DNA of 64,000 nucleotides from Tubiluchus corallicola (lineage: Eukaryota > Animalia > Priapulida). Below the pieces are notes generated by a model. The model was not told the origin of the DNA and made no database searches. It saw nothing but the letters and a program-made list of their open reading frames with translations. The stretch spans positions 434,001 through 498,000 of the forward strand of contig JAQGDQ010000076.1 of assembly GCA_030141605.1 (NCBI GenBank), written 5' to 3'. This document shows positions 20,001-31,323 of this stretch, one piece after another. Positions within the stretch are counted from its first letter, which is position 1. Each line of letters opens with the position of its first letter. Position numbers and translations under genes: made by a program.

Positions 20001-22355
20001 ACCACCATCACTATCAACGATTCTATGGCACTGCTGGTGCTGTGCAGGAAACGGTAAAATCATTTTGGTCAAATAGTGTCGTTTTTCTATTAGAAATTGA
20101 CCGAGGTCTTAATTAATTTTACTCATAGGTGTGTAACAAAATTATACAAACACTAATCAGGAGTTAACCTGTCATCATGTCGCATTTATGTATTGTTTAT
20201 AGATATCATAACTCCCCTATTCTACTCAGAGTTTGTTTGTGTTTCTTGTGTGTTTTTCTGCAGTTATATTAACAAAAAGATTTGACACTTTAATAATATG
20301 CACAGATTGCACTGCACGAGATCCAGCACTCAGAAGCAAAACTTACGTAGTATAGATAATTGTGGCAGCACAGGGACCTATATCATTATCAAACATAATT
20401 GAACAAGATTACTGTATTTGCCATGTTCGAGTGTGTATGCATGCTTCCCTAACGAACTAAACAGGCAGTGGAGCGCAGCGTGTCAGAATGAACCATACAT
20501 AGCCAGTTTCCCTGGCAGTTATGTATCCATTTATTGAGTAGAGTCGACGTTGCTTAAGTTTGATCTCTAAGTACTATACACAGCGCTCGGCCAGAAATCT
20601 TGGGATATGTGGCGAGATATTTTATCTAGTTTGCGTGATAAGTTTAATTGATAAATTCTGTATTCTTATATTTGCAGTTTGTCCAGGTTGTTAACTACCT
20701 TAGGGAACGGTCTTCCCTGTCAGACAATTAGTCAGTCAATTCTTATTAATGTAAATAAATTTAAAAAATGATTCATTGACAATTCTGGTAGTCTACTATT
20801 AAAAAATAGTTAATCAGTTACAACTTCCACACAAAATTACCAGAATTCTTTACTGACCGTCATTACGTTTATATTTTAAATCTCACCAAAGCATCAATGG
20901 GAATGCCTGACCCTTCACTTCCTTGTTGAAATTCTTTAAGAGGGTGACCTCTTTCTTTTTAACAGTCATTACGAAGTCTTAACCTAGATTGATTCTTTGA
21001 GCTAGTTAAATATTTTACTTTCTATTGACAATAGCAATTTCACAGTTAAATTTTAAGACTGATTTGTGGGAGTAGTGTGATAGCCTGGTATGGAGAACGC
21101 GGCTATCACCCTATATCTCACAAGTGATGATCGTAGAGAGTAGTAGTAATGAACAAACAATGTATTGAAAATATTCAGTGTATACAGGGAAAATTTATTG
21201 TTTTACACAATAACTTATATTTTTTAATATATTTCAGTATTTTGCACTTAGAACTCAGCACTTAACGGTAGTGCCTATTCAATACAGACAGTTGTAATGG
21301 GACTGGAATCTCGTTACTGACACTTGTCTTCTATGATGGGGCAATGAACTGGAGAGGTGTCTTATGTTCAGATACGAATGCACACAGGAATAATAGCTGC
21401 GATCAATATGGCAGATAAAATCGTGCAGAAGTACTTTTCTTACCGTTCACCCATCACTTTGCTGATCAGGCTTGGCATTACTTTTACTTCAATCCATTTA
21501 AAATAAATAAAAGTTTATATACATTACTTTAACTTTGCGCACGCAGCAATCATTCGGCTGTCTATCTCCCCCTTTTATTACTATTATGGTGCCATAAATT
21601 TGGAACAACGCAAACACTTAATATCGTACTTGTTTGTTGACTGAGAAACGCGCTGATTTTTGCGTAGGCCTGCCAAACAGAAAATTTGTGTTTGCCAGCC
21701 ACTTAATTTCTGACAGTTGATTTATTGGATTTTAATCAGGAATTTAATAATAGTTTGATTAGAGTGTGTAAATTGTGTCGTAAAACATAATTACATGGGA
21801 CAGGAAGGATAATGGGGGAAGAGTGGAAATGATTTTAAGTCTACCAGTGCAACAATGATTTGAGGATTAACTAATGGCTATATATTTACAATCTTTTTGG
21901 CAATTGTCGTCTCTGCTCGCACCACCCCTCTGGCGGTGCGGACTCCAACTGCTTTATCTAATCCTGTTTGACGCGCAAGCTATCAAGTGATGCAATATCT
22001 CACGTTTTCGGATAAAATCTAGGAGACCAAATCAGACTCAACAATCAGCATTCTTTTTAGCAGAATCTAAACTAAGTTTGTCTGTATTTAATTTTAATTC
22101 CAAATTGTAAATGTAATTATGTCTAAAAGCTTGCAGGGATTACGTCTGGATATTTTTAATTTATATTGGTATAAATTGTACAGCTTGAACAGCGTATCGA
22201 CGATGTATTGACAACAACTAAACTATAATTATTGTCCATATTACAACTGCAGCTGTGCACATGTATTTCACAACAATTCTTACGAACTTTACCAATAGCC
22301 TTGATCAGATACTTACCCCTAAGAACAATAAAATGTATAATGAAACCAGCTTCAT
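9565..22355 (-). CDS. ZP-domain (cuticlin-like) apical extracellular matrix protein, ~523 aa, 10 coding exons: join(22355-22317, 19641-19524, 17941-17739, 17513-17234, 16213-16078, 15486-15341, 11966-11885, 11139-10956, 10127-9914, 9734-9565)
   Basis: All exon phases chain consistently (0,1,0,1,2,1,2,0,1). Signal peptide MKLVSLYILLFLG|VCLVNS. ZP-N has 4 Cys (VKC, NCM, NGCG, PVEC). ZP-C has 6 Cys (QNCYA, LIDEIGC, FRFPSSNTVYFNCEIKICENAC, GQC). Furin site RRKR, EHP-like VSTGFDV, TM FYSIVAVTLLVVAVATIGLFI and a short basic tail. Confidence 0.9.
9914..10127 (-). CDS. ZP gene exon: last Cys, Gly/His tract, furin site
   Basis: ctttccacag|PGQCFYPHRANSGQRGRHGGGHGGGGGHGSGGYGRRKRSANQTETE..GLDEP g|gtgcgt. 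Confidence 0.9.
10422..10740. mobile_element. hAT-type MITE (319 bp) with 8-bp target-site duplication
   Basis: Termini tagaggcgagcat / atgctcatcccta (reverse complement TAGGGATGAGCAT, like Ac-type TAGGGATG). Flanks acgattat (10414-10421) and gcgattat (10741-10748). Clustered subterminal TTCGAA motifs. Confidence 0.8.
10956..11139 (-). CDS. ZP gene exon: ZP-C core
   Basis: ttttcag|a CARYDLQNPP..FRGFRFPSSNTVYFNCEIKICENACR|gtaggg. FRF-P...VYFxC is the hallmark of ZP-C. Confidence 0.93.
11505..11565 (-). pseudogene. Decayed tRNA-derived sequence (tRNA-Ala(TGC)-like pseudogene or SINE head)
   Basis: Minus strand ggtggctcagttggtagagtgcctgctttgcaa has an intact A-box/D-arm and a TT-TGC-AA anticodon-like loop. 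The 3' anticodon stem and B-box (gcattcaact) are degenerate, so it is not a functional tRNA. Confidence 0.6.
11885..11966 (-). CDS. ZP gene exon ending in a GC donor
   Basis: caattttag|gg HWDVQIQNCYAHDGYGYHFLKLIDEI gg|gcaagt. It matches the ZP-C CxAxDG...LIDxxGC motif. Confidence 0.9.
12039..13110. mobile_element. Non-autonomous TIR DNA element (~1.07 kb) flanked by TA (Tc1/mariner-like)
   Basis: Left end ta|tccccagtttcaatatagcctcggggtaatt versus right end reverse complement ta|tccctccattcagtatagccgacggtaatt. Extra ggtaatt/aattacc subterminal motifs at both ends. No ORF. Confidence 0.7.
13964..14128. repeat. Compound microsatellite (AATACY)n + (TG)n + (TGCG)n
   Basis: Directly visible. Confidence 0.95.
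14657..15129. mobile_element. Probable MITE with CAG..GATTAA / TTAATC..CTG termini (hAT-like)
   Basis: caggccagattaa at 14657 and ttaatccagggctg ending at 15129, with internal GGCCC motifs. The TSD is not clean. A similar right end (aaatccggtcct) lies near 26420. Confidence 0.5.
15341..15486 (-). CDS. ZP gene exon: end of linker and start of ZP-C
   Basis: ataatag|c PPHSNGAPYDDKPDVELDVNPG..FTIGEPGTVVVSWIRS a|gtaagt. An alternative same-phase acceptor 12 nt downstream is possible. Confidence 0.85.
16078..16213 (-). CDS. ZP gene exon: His/Asp-rich linker (frame not shown in the ORF track)
   Basis: tttatcttacag|ct DHKIPQTYYLGDGHATSEEGDDHLYPRDDGAHFVIKRIEDDARY aa|gtagga. It is required to bridge phase 1 to phase 2. 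Confidence 0.8.
17234..17513 (-). CDS. ZP gene exon: second half of ZP-N plus Gly/His linker
   Basis: tttattctcgcag|FTYQKPGLRDHRFTNKIVIKMNSNDVLGAEDRAFPVEC..VGGHGGGGSHRGGGGGGY..DYVI t|gtaagt. Confidence 0.9.
17739..17941 (-). CDS. ZP gene exon: first half of ZP-N
   Basis: ttttttaaatag|cc VDVKCKVY..MEVVIQTKGPFYGLVYTSRDYGNANC..IPINGCGT..QQ|gtacat. It shows the cuticlin-like PFxGxVY motif. Confidence 0.93.
19193..19250. repeat. (TG)n/(TGCG)n microsatellite
   Basis: Directly visible. Confidence 0.9.
19524..19641 (-). CDS. ZP gene exon: end of signal peptide and N-terminal extension
   Basis: tttctctacag|VCLVNSQYQSDLQRAGSFSRSGDYFNSRGRSWKPGSIVK t|gtaagt. Its phase fits both neighbours. Confidence 0.82.
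22317..22355 (-). CDS. ZP gene first coding exon (signal peptide); full exon is 22385-22317
   Basis: Strong acceptor ctcttttctttacag|, 30 nt of UTR, acaATG, MKLVSLYILLFLG|gtaagt (phase 0). Confidence 0.82.
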
Positions 22356-24926
22356 TGTACCTCGTCTCGAAAAAGCACTTATACCCTGTAAAGAAAAGAG
22401 GCAGTTATAGACACGACCACATATGCTTAGGATAACCGGTTAACTTGTTGCAGTTACCAGAGACATTGAATAAATAACCCATAAGATCCAGAAACATAGC
22501 ATCCCTCTAGGTCAAGAGAGAATTAAGCCTGAAACATTGCACACTGTTAGTACACGCATTACACTACGACATAATTATGTTAGTGCTGAAAACGCTTCTC
22601 TAGTGAGAATTCGTTTATAGTTTTATGGCTGGGATTGCTGTTCCTGTCAGAAGACTAAATAGACGGTCACGTCAAAACTGCGTACAAGATTTATCAGTTA
22701 AAATTGATTTTTTGTAAGCCTAATTACACTTCGTAAATCTACATTACCGTAATTACCAATCTAAATCAAATTTCATAATTGTAGAACAGAAGTAATTATG
22801 ATTTTAACTCAAAATAAAAAGCAAGAGAGCAAACCAGAGTTTGCTTTAATTATGATTTTGTTTATTCGGCATCTATTTTTCGCCCTAAGTGCGCAAAGCA
22901 AATAGTTTGTAATGAATTTGGTTATTTGAAGTTAATACGATTTCAAGCTGAGCAGTTTAATTAACAAGAGAATGCTCAACTTAAAAACGGCACAAAGAGG
23001 CGAAAGTAATAGTATGATAGCTTATGGGAAATTATAAACGATACAGCTAAATTTGGCGAATTTCTTTTTTCGTGTGTTTAATCTATGGAGAAGCAGTAAA
23101 ACATAGCCTTTGGCTTTGCTGAAAAGCATTTTCAACTATGTTAACCTTGGTGTTATACATTATTAAATTATTTCACAGTTCTACAAAGGTCCATCGAGAT
23201 TTCAGTCTTTTGACTTTCTTTGCCGCTTTTTGACGGAAACGGCTGCGTTATGTCTCAGTGGATATCTATATTGCAGCGTGAGGAGAATGGAAGATATAGA
23301 ATCCCTTTGCAACTGTTTCGCGTGAAAAAAGCAGCTGCTCCTTGCATTAAACGGTAATAATCCTCTTCTCACGTTTATCGTCACCGTACAAAACAAAATT
23401 TATTAGCTAATAATCACGTATGAATTATTTCTGTTCGCTAGACCATTTGCAGCAGTTTGCTCGTTCTCGTCCACGTTCCCAAGGAGTCGGAAAGGCGACA
23501 TTAGAAGAAAAAATTGGAAAAACGTTTAGCGTTCCCTCGCAAACTTGTTACGGTACCTGGCAAAGTTTTACGCCCCCTCGGAAACTTTTGGCGTTTGCTC
23601 GCAAAATTCCTATGGAATAAGAATAAAAATGAAATGTTTGGAGACAAAACTGCACAAATTTTTGCCACATTTATTTGGGTTTTGGATTTCAAGATGCTGT
23701 AAAATGTGTATTTATATCATTACAATAATTTTACACATGTATAACCCCATAAAAAAGTTCAGCTTAATATCACATTTATTTTCCACTTAAGGATTTGCTG
23801 GTAATGTGTACTGGTTTATTTCAAACTGGTATAGTGACTTGGTGTAGGATATTGAGATAGCACTTTGGTTTCTTATAATTCAAATGCTTTATTAGAATAA
23901 ATTTTAGAATCTGAAAGTCAAACACTGCCCCCAATCTTTCGCTTCTCCAGGATTGAAATTGCGTTAGCATGCACGAGTTAATTGTTAGGAAGTAGCAAGT
24001 AGTAGCACCGCAAGCAGTAATGATGACGCACATAGCTCGTACACGTATGCGTAGGAATACATGTATCTAATAAAAGTCTGTAGTTCGTATCGTTTCGGAA
24101 CATTGCGAAGCTGTAAACTCTCTGCGAGGGACCCAGTACATGTAGTTTTTGCGAAGGAACGCAAAACTTTGCCAGAGCATGCAATACTTTGCGCTCGCAA
24201 GAATTGTTTAAAAAATCTTTGTCGCCTTGCGGCCGTCGTGGGCTCCATACGTTTCTGTTGTTCATGTAGTAGTTTTTGGCCAATTTGTATTGTGATGTCA
24301 CAACAGAGCAACTTCGCCGTTTGAATTTTTACAACAAAACAGATTCTATAGCAACACTAAATGACGTTATGAATAAACACACCCAGACAGTTGGGCTGAA
24401 GAAAATCAATAAGCGAGTAACCCACTCCCGAATAGTTATTTTCATAATTATTGATAATAAAAGATAAGATAAAATGAACTTCATTACGGGTAAAAATCTA
24501 AGTCAGAATACATATACAATAAAAAACACAAAATAGTAGATATCAGGTAAATATTTTTTTCTGTGATTCTATTGCACAATGCTTTGTGGTTTTAACAAAA
24601 TTTTCTTGCAACGTAATTGAATAACAACCTATAGTTGGCGCTTACAGCAAAAAATGTATCCACAGATAAAATTTAAAAAATATTTAATTATATTTGTGCG
24701 TACACAGTTTGCGAAACTTGTAACAACTGATATTGTTTCGGTCGCAAATTTTAAACTTCGTTTAGCATGCAATCATCTGCACGTGGATGTAATTAATAGT
24801 TAAAACAAAAACAACAGAAATAAAAACATGAGAAGACACTGCAATTATTGAATGTTGTAATAATTATAAATTAAAAAATTCATGTCAAGAAGAAATTTTT
24901 TATTGGTAAAATATAAATTTTCATAC

Positions 24927-25016
24927 CTGTGCAGACCAGATTTAGCCAGTATTCCTTTCCTGAATAAGTAACTTCACAGTATTGTTTAGCTCACTCGGGC
25001 ACCGCAATGCTTTATA
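24927..25016 (-). promoter_or_regulatory. Probable core promoter and non-coding first exon of the ZP gene
   Basis: Minus-strand TATAAAG at 25016-25010, then an ATG-free stretch ending in a strong donor cacag|gtatga at 24927. The TSS is inferred near 24985. Confidence 0.6.
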
Positions 25017-28000
25017 GGAGGTTCTGCTTGACCTCCTTTTTTGTGTAGCAGATCAGCACCTCTGATCTGTCAAAATATACTTTCACAATGTAAAATTCGC
25101 CTTCCTTACCTCCCATTGCGTCTTCTCTTTTCTCTTTCTCTCTCTCTCTTTCGCTCTTCTACACTTAATTTCCTCTCATTTTCCTTCATTTATTTAATTA
25201 CTAATCGGCTAATCAACTTATGCAATAAATCAGAAATTACGCAAAGACAAATTATTGGATATATCCGTAGAAACGCATTATGTGATTTCTTATTAAATTT
25301 GCGAATTCAAAACTATGCGCTTGTTGTAGGCTTTGAAAAGGTTGCATATAAAAAAGTTTTAATTCATGTGTAACCAATTTTCAGACTGTTTGTTAAAAAT
25401 AGAGAAAATGTAAAGTGTATACTGACTTTTATGACATCTGAACAGTTTTCTAACAATCTTGTTGTAGTAATAATTCACGTAATTTGGAATTTCTATTGGT
25501 GTATAATAAAACAAATGTATAGTTTTTTTCTGGCAACCGTGTGTTTATAACCTCTCGGATTATCACCAACAGCACCAATAACAATAAAAATGAAATTACA
25601 TGGCAAATGAACATTATATAAAAAATGAACTAAAATGAATGATAAACTGCATTTCTTCGAAAAAATGTGTTGGCTTGTGACAAACGCTTCTGACTTTATT
25701 TATCTCAATTTTATTGAAAATAAGAACAACTTTGACTACAATTTTCCGTTTGTAATAAGATAGGCTGTAGTGATATAAATTACTGGTGTTCAGATAAAAA
25801 GTATAAAGTGTTGAGATACCTTTGTTTCTTAAATTATACATATCACTGCTAAGTTTTTCTTTTTTATACTGCTGTATAAGATATGTGTTCTATTCACACT
25901 TAAGTCTAAATAATAGCAGACTAAAAAACAAGAAAGTTTAGTTTCTCTGTTTGTTTTCACGATCAGCGACAAAAGTTTAAAATGAATCTCACTCAATAAA
26001 AATGCGTAACACTATACTAGAGCAAGTCGAAAATAGGTTCTTGGTACTGCCTACTGTAGATTTTGTCCTTTACATGTATAAATTAAATCAAAACATTTTA
26101 ATATTAATTTTAAAAAAATTAAGTACCCAAGCTTTTTTTCTGACATACTGTACATAGGTGTTTGGAACTAGCAAACCATACATTCCATTTAAGCATATAC
26201 GTACTGCAATATCTATAAGAACACTTTCTTCCAAAGGGAGGCACCATCTTGAAATAGATGGAGGGCACCCCTCCTTTCTATTTTCTGGTGTCCCCACTCA
26301 CGCTTTGTTAATTCTTTTTAGTAATAACTTATTTATTACATTTTCTACAAAAGATGTCCTTAGCCAGGGGGCCCTTCTGATAGGGACCCGGGGCAACTGC
26401 CCCTTACGACCTTTATAAATCCGGTCCTAATGTAACAAACACGAGTTGCAAAACTTTTGCAACGTGTATCATGAAATTTTTAATCCTTGTGACGTAAAGT
26501 GATGCTATGTCACGTGACATGAATCCCGAGATCCTAATTTAATAAGACGTGGACGCTTAGCAATTAGGATGTCATTAGTTACGACATGGTCGACTAAGTT
26601 TCTTGAGGTAAATGTCTTTGGCTGTTGTGCTGACATTAATAAATCTATTAAAACATCTAAAGATTTTCTTTGCTGAAAGTCTGTCAGTGTCCCTCATAAT
26701 TAGAACTGTATGACAATTAATGCTCTGAACTTGCTGTCACCAGATATTGCATATAAAAGTAGCAGTGTCTAATTAATGCAACTTATCTAAATGAAATAAA
26801 CTCAAGACGGTGTAAGCCGAATTAGGCACACAAATGACATCAAGCGAAACCTAAATTGCTAAGATGGTTAAAATGGTAGCTGTTTATGGAAAACTTTCGA
26901 CCTTGAAACTTACTATGACTTCGAAAGCCACTTTAAGGCAAAACGCACTTTACAGTTGTAACAGCCGTGTAATATTTCAGAAAGACATTTAGGAAATGCA
27001 GCAGTTAGTACAGGTCATGGAACCCCTTGGTGTCTTTATTCTCTGTAGGATGCGATGATGCAGGATGCGAGTTCCTTGGGTCACTATTTTTCGGTGGGTC
27101 ACTGCGTAGGTTCTAATACAGAATCATTGTACAAGCGTCAGTATTTTTCAGTTTGTCACTAGGTCTGATCAAAGTGCAAGACCAAAGTGCACAATGCAAA
27201 ATGTGCTCCACTGTCTTGCTGTCTTGTTTTAAACCAAGTTTAGTTAAAAATTATGTTTAGAAATTTATGTTAACCGATATTGCCAACTATGTAAAGTGCT
27301 GATTTAAAAATTCTTTTTTATCTGTCCAAGTAATTTTTAATTTTAAAGATAATTAAGTTATTAAAGATTTATAAAAAGAGAACTTCTTAATTTGAAAGGC
27401 AAACAGGCAAAAGTAGAATAGGGTGGAAACAGGACTTAATCACCATGAATTAGCTCTGTTGAGACATATGGCCATTAAAACACATGTTGGTCATGGCTGC
27501 GGGTTAGAATGAAGGAAGTCGTGCAGCCTGTGAGATTTTAAAAAGAGGGTATTTCAACTACATTTCCAGTATGTGGCATATAGTAAAAATTAAAAAACAC
27601 AAACAGGCTAAACACTAGCTCTATCATAAGTTTTACCTATTTTACTTTATTTTAAATTCCGAGAGGGAATATTTGCGTGGGACATACTGCTTCTGTAATT
27701 TTTGAATTAGTTTATTCAGTATTAGCTTACCCTGGATAATTATTTTGGAAAATTCGCCGTGTTTAGAGGGCTATAAAATCTTTGTTTGCTGAAGGCTATA
27801 GCTCTTCATGTGAATAGAAGACTAAGGAGACCATAAATTCGTTTTTTGAAGTTTGAGGTCTTTTGATTTTAGTTTCGCTCTATTTTTAATGGTTCTTTAT
27901 GCGGTCCACCGCCACCCCACCTTTTGCAAATTTAACTTCGCGTATAGTAGCTTCCCAACACTAAAGTTAAAGTATTCTTTGCTGTCAAAAAACAATTCCA

Positions 28001-28346
28001 CTGACCTGATGTGTTTCTTCGTTTCCTGGCACAAGCTAAATATTATACCTACGGTGTTGTGTTAATATAGTGCTTTGTGTGGTTGGATAACGCGCCCTAT
28101 ATGTCTCTGTGAATGTGGTTTAACTTTTCAAGAATGGTTATACAAGTCTTGTCTGCTGGTTGGGAACAAAGCAATTTCCTTAGATCAAGTTGTTTTTACA
28201 CGCTTTTAGGACTGCCGCGTTTGTAAACTGAATTTTTCAATTTTTGAAGTCAAGCGTTGCAGATAATGAATTACAAAAACTTTAACGTGCACTTCAGGTT
28301 TTATATAAAGAAGGTGGAAATATTATTACATGTATTTCTTGGTTTT

Positions 28347-28447
28347 CATCGTCATTGTCATCATCATCGCCGTCATCATCATCGTCATCATCATCATCAC
28401 CATCATCATCCCTATCATCGTCATTGTCATCTTCACCATTACCATCG

Positions 28448-28501
<54 letters not shown>

Positions 28502-28535
28502 ACATGATCATCATGATCTTCATTATCATCATCAT
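28347..28535. repeat. (CAT)n microsatellite, partly degenerate
   Basis: Directly visible. It causes the poly-H/M/I ORFs. Confidence 0.95.
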
Positions 28536-28815
28536 AAGTTTTCTGAATTTCGTTTAACTTTTAAAGTGAATTTACAGCTAATTTAAAGTTACAACTTTTG
28601 CCAAACTTATGATGTGACTTTTACACTTGTATAAGATGAGTCTTAGTCAGTTTTAAATTTCCTAGGATGTAGTGTATTAATTTTATTTTTAGTGCAATCT
28701 GCATACGCTTCCTTACATTGTGATCATTTTTAATTGTTAGTTGGTGTAGAAAGCGATGAAATGAATACGTATAGCGCTTTTAACAGATAATAATTGTTGT
28801 CGTTGTCGTTGTTAT

Positions 28816-28816
<1 letters not shown>

Positions 28817-28875
<59 letters not shown>

Positions 28876-28940
28876 AACCATATTCGTCACTGTGATTGTC
28901 ATCATCATCTTCATCATCACGGTTATCACATTATCATTAT
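28817..28940. repeat. (CAT)n microsatellite
   Basis: Directly visible. Confidence 0.95.
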
Positions 28941-30823
28941 CAATTTGTTTAATTTGATTATTGCATTATTAATTTTATGCAGTTATATGGAAAAATGAAA
29001 GTCGGCAGTTTTGAACAAAAATTTATTGTTATTTCAGTTTTCTTGCAATGTTTTGGTCTTTTTAAGGTAAAAATGTATGTTTGCTTAAAAGTGGTTAAAA
29101 GATTGAAAATTGCAAGTGTCTAGCAAAAGTGATAAGCATCATTAAAAATTACACCCAAGCTATATTTACAACAATAATACAGTGTACATACTAATATAAG
29201 GCCTTCAAACACAAATATATTCTCTTAAAGTGGATACTATATTTTATAACCAGATGTACTATGCAATACCTATCTAGTAAATACATACTTTTGCTTAGGC
29301 TTATGCAAGTGATTGCATTTATTTCAAAAACTGTAGCTCTAAAATATGCGTTGGTTTAACTTCCACTTGCAAGTTGTTCCTGACCTAAGTATGAGAGGTA
29401 CCATATACAACAGTGTTAATGAGCATGACATTTTTACAAACAAGTTTAAAAATGACGATTGCATTCTATCTTGAAAAGGAGAAGTTTCTTACAGAAGAAG
29501 CTAAAAATGTACTAAAACATGGTAGGGTTATTTCAATGGTGTTCGGAAATTTGTAATGCGCTTTATGCTATACTATATATTTCGTAAATTGACTATATGA
29601 TTGCAGTCACACCTGGGCTGGTGCCTCAGCTTGTCTCCTTAACCGTAAACGTAAACGCTATACGTGATTCGTGAAAATTGTACAAGCAATGACTTTTGGA
29701 AACCACGTCTCTGTCAAAATTTAAGCGTGAAAATTACAGATGCAACATTAGCTTATTATTGTACTATTAGACGGAAAAATTCAAAAGCACAGGTTTTGGG
29801 TGCACAACATTTTGCAGGGGAGAGAACAATACGGCACGTATCGTCCATTAGTGATACTGCAGTTAGATGCACAACACAACTGTACATGCTTCTTCCATAT
29901 CTTAAAAATTCAAATAGAAAGGTATTATTGTCTATATAGGTCCTAAAATGACCAAACTCACCTAACTAGAATTTTCAGAAAGCTAAACAGCGAAAATGGT
30001 CACTGGAAACTTGAAAACTCGCTATAATTACCTAAGCAACGGCGGTTTCCTATCTGCGTATTGCTGCGTGATGCGTGTACGGACGACAACGATCACGTTC
30101 GAATGAATACGGATAACGCATCATGCGTAACGGATCACGCATTACGTACACATGTGAACACTTCTACATGTTTAAATGCAAACTGTTGCATACGCATTAC
30201 GGATCACGCAACACGCATTATGTACACATGGAGTCGTACCTTTACTCGACTCTGGTCTGGTGGTCGACAACCATGTTTGTTGAAGATCTGGTGCTTTTAA
30301 TGCCACTTTTGTGGAAGATACTCTCAAGACCTGTTTGCAATTTTGAAATGTTGGCTGACTGTGTGGTACTTATTTTGCTACTCCTCTCATGTAATCTTTT
30401 CCAGGACATTAGCAGATACCAAACAAGTGACAGCGCCTTACAATTTCAGTTCTGTGGAATTCCTTACTAGAAAATTGATTCTTATTCAATTACAGCTTCA
30501 GTTGCTCCAAGAAAAGCATCAGCACGTCATACCTTCTATCACTAGCAAAATGTTTATAGGAATTAATTAACTGCAGCTCCTTTAATTGGTCTACAATTAG
30601 GGCGATCTGTACGAAAAGCTATGACAATGTAATGTGTACAATACATGCAGTGTACTGGCAAACAACTGGTCTGGAATGCGAAGCATTAGGCTACACATTA
30701 TTTAACGCTTTACGGTTCTTTAAAATGACTAGCAAACTCCGGTGAACTTTGCTCGCTTTGATTATTCACTGCTATATTCGCAAGCTCATTTCGGTTAAGA
30801 TACAAGTTTTTTATTTCTTTTAT

Positions 30824-30900
30824 TCTCTCACACACACACTCTCTTTCACCTCGCTCTCTCTTCCCCCTCTCTCTTTCTCTCTCTCTTTCTTCCCCTCTCT
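30824..30900. repeat. (CA)n/(CT)n low-complexity tract
   Basis: Directly visible. Confidence 0.8.
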
Positions 30901-31323
30901 ATCTATGAACATCCACAATGCATTGTTTACCTGGTAATGAATAAATGGCAAAGTTTTGCATTACATAAACAACGAGAACAAGGCAAAACTTCTTTTAACA
31001 TGTTGGCTAGGTACCAAGTTCGATACGGTGGAGAAATCTTGGTACCAAGTGATACCTAAATCTGACCACAGCATACTAAGATACATTGTTTCAATGAAAA
31101 TTAATTTTGTCCCTTTTATTGGTATATACAACTAGTCTGGCAAGTATGTCCTGGCCTTGTAGGGAAACGCAATGAGTCTCCAATGTTGTAGAACTATAGG
31201 TTCCTAGTGGTCGCTCATCTAATATCTGATCTATGCTTGTATCACACAAATTTTGTCTATGCAGGCTTTCACTTAGTTATAGCCCTGTAGTGTTTGGCAC
31301 AGCCTTGGAACTAACCACCAATG

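Noticed and set aside
20347-20424. Signal-peptide exon of the ZP gene
   Set aside because: The phase-0 frame has stops. The exon at 22355-22317 gives a clean signal peptide in the right phase.
28257-28586. Poly-His, poly-Met and poly-Ile ORFs
   Set aside because: They are translations of a (CAT)n microsatellite, with no splice or codon evidence.
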